From a virus: a stretch of 64,000 nt of DNA. Location: the IMG/VR virus record IMGVR_UViG_3300032286_001864, positions 17,949-81,948 of that record; one strand, written 5' to 3'. Below, in pieces: positions 56,312 through 64,000 of this stretch. The notes beneath the pieces are model-generated. The model saw only the letters and a list, made by a program, of their open reading frames with translations. It did no database searches and was not told where the DNA came from. The translations under genes were made by a program, and so were the position numbers. Position 1 is the first letter of the stretch. Every line of letters begins with the position of its first letter.

Positions 56312-57394
56312 TCAGGCAGTGACCAGTTCGCGGGCCAGCTCGTTGGCGCGGCGCACGATGCTGGCGCCGGTGCCGAAGAGGGTCGAGTGCAGGCGGCGCT
56401 TGCCGGCGCCTTGGGTCTTCATCGAGGTCTCGACTTCGGTGACGGCGTTGAGGCCGGCGTAGACGGTGCCGGAAACACCGGGGATGTCACGGCCGAGGCC
56501 ATAGTTCCAGGCGCGCTCGAGGGCAGCCCACTTGCGGGGCATGTCCTCGATGCTGCCCGGGCGGGTATCGCCGCCGTCGGTCTTGACGGCGGGCACCTGG
56601 TAGACCTGCTCCAGCCAGTGGCGGTAAAGGTCAGCACTCATCGGTGTGGCTTGCATGCCGCGGTAGTCGTCAAGGACGGCGGCGAAGGACTGGCGAGCAA
56701 TGTCGATGCTCTGGAGGACGCCGTCGATCTGGGCAACGTCGTTGTCGTTGTGGCGGATGGTGAATTGCCGCCCGTGGCGATTGGCATCGCTCATCGCGAA
56801 GCCGAGGGTGTTGCGGCAGACGACGCGGATGTCACTGAACATGCCGCCGAATGCGGTCGAGCCGTCGTGGCCGAGATATCCAACGATGTTGCGGTACACC
56901 TTGTCGCCGGGTACAACTTGCTGGTCGGTGCCGCGGATCTTGGCCGTGAAAGCGACCTTGGCGCCGTTGCGCAGGACAACGCACGTGTCCATGTCGGTTT
57001 CTTCGCGGATGGCCTGGGCGAAGTCGAGGAGCCGCGTGTTGGGGATGACGCGGTAGCCAGGACTGGCGGTGCCGAGGATCTTGCGCTCGTCGGGCCGCCA
57101 GATGCCGACGCGGCTCTCCTTCATGGAGACCAGGTGCTGTTGGAGCGCCTGATGGATGGCGATGCCGCGCTCCTCTGGCGAACTGAAGGATTGGTCTGCG
57201 GCACGGGCAATGGCGTCGTGCAAGGCCGGGCTGCTGAGGTCGCCGGCGTGGAGCTGCAGGGTCTCGACAGGGAAGAGGGCTTGAGCGCGGCGGAACATCT
57301 CGTCAGCCGGCAGGGTGCCTTCGATGACTTCGCCTTCGTTGTGCCAGGCCTTGGTGCCGAACGCGAAAACGCCTGAAGTAAATTCGCTGGTCAT
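56312..57394 (-). CDS. DUF932 (TIGR03299-like) phage/plasmid protein
   Basis: AWHNEG, LG..SPGYRVIPN, LRNGAKV, GHDGS, IRVVCRNTL, IRH, GTVYAGLNAVTE. Confidence 0.85.
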   Translation of the reverse strand: MTSEFTSGVFAFGTKAWHNEGEVIEGTLPADEMFRRAQALFPVETLQLHAGDLSSPALHDAIARAADQSFSSPEERGIAIHQALQQHLVSMKESRVGIWRPDERKILGTASPGYRVIPNTRLLDFAQAIREETDMDTCVVLRNGAKVAFTAKIRGTDQQVVPGDKVYRNIVGYLGHDGSTAFGGMFSDIRVVCRNTLGFAMSDANRHGRQFTIRHNDNDVAQIDGVLQSIDIARQSFAAVLDDYRGMQATPMSADLYRHWLEQVYQVPAVKTDGGDTRPGSIEDMPRKWAALERAWNYGLGRDIPGVSGTVYAGLNAVTEVETSMKTQGAGKRRLHSTLFGTGASIVRRANELARELVTA

Positions 57395-57432
57395 GAGAAG
57401 AGAGGGTGAGAGGTTGAAAGAGGGAACGAGAG

Positions 57433-59272
57433 TCAGAAGGTGGAGCGCCGCTTGAACTCGCGGTCGTAGGTCTCGATGTCGATGCCAAGCGCAGTGAGGG
57501 TGCCGTCACTGATCAGCCCTACGCGGCTGCCTGGTCCGCCGCCAAGGCTGTCGGCGTGGACGGCAGTGAGTGGTGCAACGAAGTCATCGATGCTTCTGAT
57601 GCAGGACTTGATAGTCCCGATCAAGGAGTGAGAAGCAGCCCTGAACACGAGGCCGGCGAATCCATCGAGCTCGGCATCACCAAGCGCGTCGAGACGCCGT
57701 TCCATGGTGTCGACGACGATGGCCAGCAGGAAAGTGCTGCCGTGCAGAAGATGCACATTGGTTGCGCCTCCTGCTGCCTGGAGGATCTGCTCCAGGGCGA
57801 GGACCAGATCGACGGCTCCGAAGTCTGGGCTGTGCAGGGGCAGGTGAGGAACAGCGGTACCGATGGGAAGCCGTCCGTCCGGTTCAGGGTCGGGCGCATT
57901 CCGCAAGAAGGCCAGGAGGGCCTCCTTGGAAACTTGGTCCGGTGCGGATTGGTCGGGGTCAGGAGTGGTCGACATCAATGAAGGGCTCGATGAGCTGAGG
58001 GATGAGACCGAGTTGGTTGCGCAGGTGGTTGACGGCGATCGCGAGATCGTCCTGCGCCGGTCCGATCGACTCGGCTCGGATCTCGGGTTGCTCGACTCCC
58101 TCGGGTGAGTGGGGGAAGACGCGGAAGAACGTGGCAGTGTTGCCACGTTTGGTTTGCAGTTTGACTGCTGTCTCCTGCAAGTCAAGCAAAAGGAGCGCGC
58201 CCAGCAGGCTGCGCACCGACCAGGGGGTCTGCAGCGCACCGGTCAACTCATGCGGCCTTGCCTGACAAGGCAGGCGCAGCACGACGATTTCGCCGGGGAT
58301 GGCGGTGCCGAGGTACACATCCAGGTAGTCGCGGATTCCGTGGTGGCTGGTGCCACCGTGCTGGCTGATCCGGATGTCGAAGACGACGCCGATCACGCTG
58401 GGCACTAGCGGCCCTTTCGCAGAAGCGGTGGCGCCATAGATATAGAGGAGGCCGTCAGGGGTGATGCCGACGGTGGTGTAGTTGCGCTCAGGCGTTGCCG
58501 GCGCAGCCCAGGAGGGGAGAGGGGCAAGAGCGTGGTCTTGCGAGGCGAGAAGGGTTTCCATGACACACAACAAGGAACAAGAGATGTGCACTGCTGAGTG
58601 CACTCACAAGAGCGCACTCATTCGCTGGTATCAGAGGGCAGTCATGCCTTTGATGTCGTCCTCCGAGAGTTCGACGCCGATCTGCCGGTAGTAGGGGATA
58701 GAAGCGATCGCGCATAGCTTTTGCGCGATGTCTGCGCGGCGCTGCTCGCCAACGGCGTTGCCGATCAGGCGAAGCTGAAGCAAAAAGGAGCGGCTGACCT
58801 CGAGGTTGATCTTGAGGTAGGCCGCGGGTAGTTGAGCTCCCTGTTCGACGGCCTTCTGAGCTTCCACTTTGCGGTGGGCCGGGCTGCGCATGGACTGCTG
58901 ACAGGCTGCGGCGGGAGTGATGTGGCCGTTGCAGCTATTCGAAGTCAGCTCGACTTCAGGTTCGGCAGGGGAGGGAGCGGGATAGTCAATGTCGCCCCAC
59001 CCGGACTCAGGGTCAGGAGGGAGCGAAGGCTCAGCCAGGTCTTCGAGCTCATCGAAGTCCAGGTGGAGGACAGACGTCTTGAGAGCGTCGTCCCAGTGGA
59101 CGTTGGTGGCTTCGTCGAACTGGAAACCGGGCTTGATGGTGTCAGCGAGGCTGGCTGGGAAGGCGACCACGCATTGCTTGCCGGTCGGAGCGACGCGGTC
59201 GTAATAGGCGAAGTGGTAGCCGCTGTGGCGGATGCTGGGCCGAGGGGCGGAGGTGATGGTACGGATTGCCAT
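57433..59272 (-). other. Three hypothetical genes (57433-57975, 57959-58561, 58631-59272)
   Basis: ATG starts with pyrimidine-rich leaders. Confidence 0.6.
58584..58600 (-). promoter_or_regulatory. 17-bp conserved element (copy 2)
   Basis: ATGTGCACTGCTGAGTG on + strand. Confidence 0.7.
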
Positions 59273-59475
59273 GGGGCGATTGAGAAAGAGAGGGACTGGA
59301 GATAGACGGTGATGCCGATTGCCTGCTCGGAAGAGAGCAGCAGGGCATCACCGAGACGCGGCAGAGAGGGATCGCACAGCTGGTTGAGAGCCAGCCGTGC
59401 CCTGCCGCTGTTGGGTGTGACCAGGAAACGGCCCGACGGCGTGGTCACGCGCAGGAAGTCGGGCCGGGGGAAACG

Positions 59476-59521
59476 GGTACTCGGGAAACGAGTACCTGGC
59501 GGGTACTCGGAAAGCGAGTAC
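59476..59521. repeat. Two tandem GTACTCG-N5-CGAGTAC palindromes
   Basis: 59476-59496 and 59503-59521; further GGGTACTTG at ~59527 and ~59582. Confidence 0.75.
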
Positions 59522-59594
59522 TTGATGGGTACTTGCTGGGCGCCTGGTGATGCTTGGCAGACGCCTGATGGGGGCTTGATTGGGTACTTGACGG

Positions 59595-60290
59595 TCACTT
59601 GATGGACCAGGAGCGGCGCCTGACCAGGCGCGCGCCGCTGACGGTGGCGCCTGCCTTGATGGCGTCTTTGATGGCGGTCTTGTCGGGAGCGACCTTGGGT
59701 TCGGCCAGCTCGAAGGTGCCGGGAGGGCAGTCTTCGAGCATGTCCTCGAGGTGCTCGCGCAGCAGCCGCTCGATGTCGCAGGCCTTGGTGCTGCCGTGGC
59801 CTGAGAGCTTGAGCTTGAGTTCAACTCGGGTGAACTCTTCGGGCATGTCAGGAGCGTCGAGGTCGGTGTCGACTTCGACTGCTTCGCTGACGCGCGAGCT
59901 GATTGTGAACTCGGGCAGTTCGAACTTCGTTTGTCCGGGGTGGAGGGCTTGCAGGCAGCGCAGGAGGTAGTCCTCCAAGCGCTGGGCTGCTCGCTCCTCG
60001 GCCTCGGCTTTGGCGATGCGCTCGGCTGCCGCCTTCCGGAGGAACTCGGCTTTTCCAAGCAGCATCTCCCTGACTTGGCAGATGCCGTTGGCCTTGCGCA
60101 AGAGCATGCGCTGGCTGTCGTTGGCCCGTTCGAGCAGGCCGGTGATGAGGAGCTCGGCCTCGGCTTGGTCCTCGGGATCCTCGGAGCTGGCCTTGGCTAG
60201 GGTGATGGAGAGCTCGCCGTCGATCTCCTGGGAATCCAGAGTGAGCTGGAAGAGGGAGGGAGTTTGAGGTTTAGAGGGGGCGATGGTCAT
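59595..60290 (-). CDS. Siphovirus Gp157-like protein
   Basis: SLFQLT...KANGIC...RLEDYL...PDKTAIKDAIKAGATVSGARLVRRRSWSIK. Confidence 0.8.
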   Translation of the reverse strand: MTIAPSKPQTPSLFQLTLDSQEIDGELSITLAKASSEDPEDQAEAELLITGLLERANDSQRMLLRKANGICQVREMLLGKAEFLRKAAAERIAKAEAEERAAQRLEDYLLRCLQALHPGQTKFELPEFTISSRVSEAVEVDTDLDAPDMPEEFTRVELKLKLSGHGSTKACDIERLLREHLEDMLEDCPPGTFELAEPKVAPDKTAIKDAIKAGATVSGARLVRRRSWSIK

Positions 60291-60969
60291 CGCGAGAGGG
60301 TGCAGTTGAGTTGGTCGAGGCGTTGCTGCAGTTGCTGGTAGGACAGGCGAATTGCAGCCAGGGATTGGGTTGTTTGGCTGGCGTTGCCGGCGTCGTAGTC
60401 CGCTTGTGCCTGCTTGAGCAGGTGAGCGGCATGGTCGCGCAGGCGAACGAGTGCCGGCGCAGTGTGATACAAGCTGTCACGCATGGCTGTCACCTTGGCT
60501 ACAAGAAAGCCCCGGCAAGCAGAGCGCATGCCGGGGACTTGATTGTGGCAGGGCCTGAGGATCAGGCTTCAGCGGTGACGGTGCAGTCGACGAGGATTGC
60601 AGGGTCGATGCCGTCGGCCAGGTTGGCAGCGCGTTGAGCGGCTGCCTTGGCCTCCTTGCAGGCCTTGAGATACTCGGCTTTGGCGCTGACCTGCTGGGCG
60701 GTCAGGACATGGTCCTTGCCGTCGAAGCCGGCAGCGGTCTTGCCGAGGTAGGTGGTGCCGTTGACGCTCACCTGGTCGTCGGGGTTGTCCTCACCGAAGG
60801 CCTCCAGCAGATGATCGGACTTGAAGCTGGTGCGAAGGGCGGTCTCGCGTTCCGCGAAGCCGGCCTTGGTGCGGCCGGTAACGAAGGCGAACTCGAAGTC
60901 GGTCCAGTTACGGCCGGTGACGTTGGAGTAGGTGCGGAGCTCGATGGGTCCGAGAGCGAGAATGGGCAT
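60287..60969 (-). other. Two hypothetical genes (60287-60484, 60562-60969) separated by a hairpin
   Basis: CCCCGGCA...TGCCGGGG stem near 60510-60536 with a T-rich tail on the - strand. Confidence 0.6.
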
Positions 60970-61006
60970 GGATTTGAAAACAGAGAGATACAGGGGCTCA
61001 ACAGAC

Positions 61007-61023
61007 ATGTGCACTGCTGAGTG
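61007..61023 (-). promoter_or_regulatory. 17-bp conserved element (copy 3)
   Basis: ATGTGCACTGCTGAGTG; back-to-back with TAGAAT at 61041. Confidence 0.7.
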
Positions 61024-61067
61024 GCCCCACTGATCTCACCTAGAATCGGCTCACTGACGTGGCAGCC

Positions 61068-61562
61068 ATGTTTGACCAAGTGGGCAAGTTCATTGGCGGG
61101 ATTGCCAGGGGAGCGGATGATGCGGTGAAGAGCCAGGCGGCAGGGCGCATGGCCAGGGGGAGAGCAGCAGGGATAAAAACGAACAGGGGCCTGGTTTACG
61201 GGGACACGGATCGCGACATGGTGATCAGCAGGATCATGGGCGGCATGCGTCCTCCAGAGAAATCGATGGAGGCCGCCATTCGTGACCAGTTGGGCTCTCC
61301 GGAGGGGAGAGCCAGGGTCGCGCGCCAGTACGCCCCAAACATGAGTAGGGGCCCGGGAGGGTACACCGATCGCGGCTTGATGGAGCTGGTCAACGAGGGG
61401 ATCGCGGAGAACGCCTATGTCCGCCGCGGCGTGCTGCCGACGGCGGTGGTGGGCGGTGGTGCGCTGATGACGGCTGGTGCTCAGCAGTTGCTGGCACTGA
61501 TGGGATTCATGCAGGAAGGGTCACAGACAGGCGAGAGGAAAGAGAACAGCCCGCTCGCCTGA
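61068..61562 (+). CDS. Gly/Ala/Met-rich protein with C-terminal hydrophobic helix
   Basis: TAGAAT about 22 nt upstream; composition like the 33-38 kb cluster. Confidence 0.7.
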   Translation: MFDQVGKFIGGIARGADDAVKSQAAGRMARGRAAGIKTNRGLVYGDTDRDMVISRIMGGMRPPEKSMEAAIRDQLGSPEGRARVARQYAPNMSRGPGGYTDRGLMELVNEGIAENAYVRRGVLPTAVVGGGALMTAGAQQLLALMGFMQEGSQTGERKENSPLA

Positions 61563-61563
61563 T

Positions 61564-61785
61564 GTGGACAGGTTTGCGGGCGATCAGATTGAACTGGCTG
61601 CCCTGGTAGAGGCAGCCTTGTGGCAGGAGGCCCTGATGAGTGGGCTTGCGCTACCCGAGTTGGGCTGGGGCGCTGAGAGCGAGCGCGTCAGGGAGTTGAT
61701 GCGCAGCCGCGCTGGCCGGGTGGCGGACATCCAGGAGGAAGCGGTCCCTCGGCCGTTGGGCGTGGCCGAGCCGGTGTTCAGCTGA
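61564..61785 (+). CDS. Small protein, N-terminal RFAG
   Basis: MDRFAGDQIELAAL. Confidence 0.6.
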   Translation: MDRFAGDQIELAALVEAALWQEALMSGLALPELGWGAESERVRELMRSRAGRVADIQEEAVPRPLGVAEPVFS

Positions 61786-63239
61786 TTGGCGGCAGAGCTC
61801 CGTGCTGCTTCCAGCCGACCTCGCAGGGGGCGAGGAGGGGACTGTGCAGGCAGTACCAGGCCGTGCCGTCGTCGGCAATGGCATCGAGGAAGTAGCCGTT
61901 CTTGCTGGCATGGACGGTTCGAGTGATTGATATGAATCGCCGGGGCGTCGGGAGCCGAGGGGCAGTGGGGTCAGGATTCATTGGGCGAGATAGATAGGAA
62001 GGTTGAGGCCGCTTTCGCGGCAGTCGCATGCCCAGATCCAGAGCAGGCGACGCAGGTTCGCCTGGTGATCGCAGAGCTGCCAGGGCTCGTAGGCCCCGGT
62101 GCCGCGGAGGTGCTCGCGCAGCAGCCAGGGTGGGGCCTCGAGCTGAAGCTTCTTGACCCAGTGGTCAACAGCTTCGCTGGCGTCGACCTCTGGAGCTGAG
62201 CAGTCTTTGATGCAGTCAGCCGGCAAGTCACGAATGGCGGTGCGGCCATCGAACCAGCCGGACCAGAGGGGGTCATTCGGCATGAGGGGTCAGTCGGTGG
62301 GTGTAGTTCTCTTCCTCCAGGCGGCACCTAATGGAGGCAAGGTCAGCAGCTGCTTGACCGGTGAGGTCGGCAGCGCTGTAGAGCCAGTCCTCGAGGTCGC
62401 CGGTCTCGGAATGTCCGGTGGCGATGGATTCTTCGAAGGCCGACCAGTTGTCAGAGGCGACTAGGTCTGCGTAGGCAGCCAGGACGGCGCCGACGTGGTT
62501 GTGGTCCCACTCGTCGGTAGGCGGCCATTCGGTGATGTCATCGGGATAGGAGGAGCGGAAGCCGGAGCGAGAGGTGAACATCTCGCGGACTTTGCGAGCA
62601 AGGGCCTCGCCGCGAACGGCGTGCATCATGCGGCCGAGGTCCTGGTGCGAGACCGACGCAAAAATGCGATCGGTCTCGAAGTTGTAGAACCTGGGAGAGA
62701 CCATCTCCTCGAAGACAAGGGATGGCAGCTCCAGCTTCTCCCGAAGGATGGAGACGTAGTTCTCGGCGTAGCGCTGGAAGACGTCGCCGTAGGAGGCATG
62801 ATCGAAGAACATGTCCAGCAGGCTGTTGTAGGGGTTGCCGTTGCTGTCAGAGAACAGCTGTTCTTCGGCGTGATCAACAGCGTCGCTGTGCCATGAGCCG
62901 GCGAACCCGGCGAATGGGACCAGTGCGGAGAAGGTGTCGCGCTTGGTGTCAGTCGCTTGGAGGGTTGTTGTCATGAGGCAGTTCGCAGTGGGCGATGGGG
63001 TATTGCCGCTGGGACGGCAGGTCATTCAGGTGGCCGGCGTAGGCCTCCTCGAGGGAGGACCGGGTGCAGCCTGGGCCGACAGCCAGGGCAGAGCAGAGGC
63101 CGTGGGCAGATGAATCAAGGGCCTGGTTCTGGAACAAGACCAGGTGCGTGGCGCCCCGGTGGCTGGCGAGACGCCTGAGGCTGTCGTGCACTTCGGGGTG
63201 GAAGTGAGACGCCAGCTGGGGATAGGAGATTTGCTTCAC
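61778..63239 (-). other. Four early genes (61778-61981, 61978-62283, 62273-62974, 62949-63239)
   Basis: 61778-61981 is paralogous to 25919-26107 (PRRF..TRTV...LDAI...G.AW); 62273-62974 carries SPRFYNFETD. Confidence 0.65.
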
Positions 63240-63240
63240 T

Positions 63241-63549
63241 TCAGGTGTAGGCGAGGGCGAGGGAGTTGCGTTCTTCAACGGTGGGCGCGTCGGTGCCGAC
63301 CTGGGGTTCCTCAAGGCAGGCCTCGAGGATTGGCTTGCTGCAGTGGCTGCAGGTGATGTCGCTATCGCCCCAGTCGACGGAGATGTCGACGAGGCACCAG
63401 CCGTCGGAACCGGTGGTGGTGGCGATCCACTTGCGCTCCGTTCGGCAGCAGTCAGGGGTGACGCCCTAGCGGGGGTATAGCCCCGGCCAGGTGAGGGGAC
63501 TGGCGGCGATGTCGTCCGCCAAGCGGAGGGAGAGGGATTGGGTTGTCAC
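63241..63549 (-). pseudogene. Zinc-binding phage protein interrupted by an in-frame TAG
   Basis: WPGLYPR*GVTPDCCRTER.WIATTTGSDGW...ITCSHCSKPI in one frame; TAG at 63466-63468. Confidence 0.55.
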
Positions 63550-64000
63550 GATTGGGCCGCATTCAGCACGGACTGGAGGTAGACGCGTGCGTCCCAGTTG
63601 CCGTCCCAGAAGTGGGATTGGGCGTCTGGCCCAAGCAGCAGAAGAGCAGCGATTGGAGCGCCAAGGGCTTGCTCCAGGACGGCACCGAGCGGTCCCGCCT
63701 GGTGAATAGCCCAACCGCCAATGCAGTGGACCGTGTCGCAAGTGTGCCACGACTCCATTTCAAGGGCATCGGGCTCGGCTAGTGCAGCCGCCGCCGCGGC
63801 GACAAGCCGCTCAGCGGAGTCAGCGACGATAGGTATTCCTCGGGCACCGTTCAGATTGGCGCCGCGCAGGACGACGCCGCGCAGGTCGGCGTCGCTCAGG
63901 TCGGCGCCGCGCAGGTCGGCGTCGCTCAGGTCGGCGCCGCGCAGGACGACGCCGCGCAGGTCGGCGTCGCTCAGGTCGGCGCCGCGCAGGACGACGCCGC
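63546..64000 (-). CDS. Pentapeptide repeat protein, partial
   Basis: ADLSD/ADLRG/VVLRG 15-nt repeats at ~63850-64000, then a WHTCDTVHCIGGWAIH domain. Confidence 0.9.
   Translation of the reverse strand, partial: GVVLRGADLSDADLRGVVLRGADLSDADLRGADLSDADLRGVVLRGANLNGARGIPIVADSAERLVAAAAAALAEPDALEMESWHTCDTVHCIGGWAIHQAGPLGAVLEQALGAPIAALLLLGPDAQSHFWDGNWDARVYLQSVLNAAQS

Noticed and set aside
63241-63549. Genome-wide TAG stop-codon reassignment
   Set aside because: TAG ends normal genes (for example at 4872, 10461 and 16628) and coding density is high under the standard code.
63850-64000. 15-bp tandem repeat as a non-coding satellite or origin
   Set aside because: It translates as canonical pentapeptide repeats in frame with the downstream domain.
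1-64000. tRNA genes
   Set aside because: No intergenic cloverleaf with a T-loop GTTCRA motif was found by eye; tRNAscan-SE would be needed to exclude them.

Overview
GC-rich (about 63-65% by eye) 64-kb segment of a temperate tailed phage. The host is very probably a picocyanobacterium (Cyanobium/Synechococcus type), based on two nblA-like genes, a DUF3288-like gene, HIP1 octamers and TAGNNT -10 boxes. Layout: two divergent LAGLIDADG-fold genes, then a + strand virion module (major capsid, HhH, SWIM, fibre and collar genes; 2-11 kb); a large serine integrase with an apparently intact attP (12.4-13.7 kb); more fibres, NblA-like, SLT lysin and holin (13.9-19.7 kb); a - strand nucleotide-metabolism and replication arm (thyX, dNMP kinase, primase-VapE helicase, candidate origin; 19.6-32.1 kb); a divergent XRE repressor; a cluster of small probable virion-cargo proteins (33-38.8 kb); exonuclease, SSB and clamp-like genes; and a long - strand array of small early/accessory genes (43.7-64 kb). 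The strongest unexplained signal is a short peptide tag, R-[MFYK]-A-G-[DEAS]. It lies within the first 8 residues of seven unrelated proteins and at domain boundaries of two more, and the codons differ between copies. It is a candidate capsid-loading or proteolytic-processing signal, and two HExGH metallopeptidases are encoded in the same genome. Other notable items are a set of enzyme homologues lacking catalytic residues, several repeated DNA motifs, and a hairpin insertion that frameshifts a zinc-ribbon gene. Family names come from motif recognition by eye; no database search was run. No tRNA, rRNA, CRISPR array, terminase, portal, DNA polymerase or reverse transcriptase was recognised in the window.
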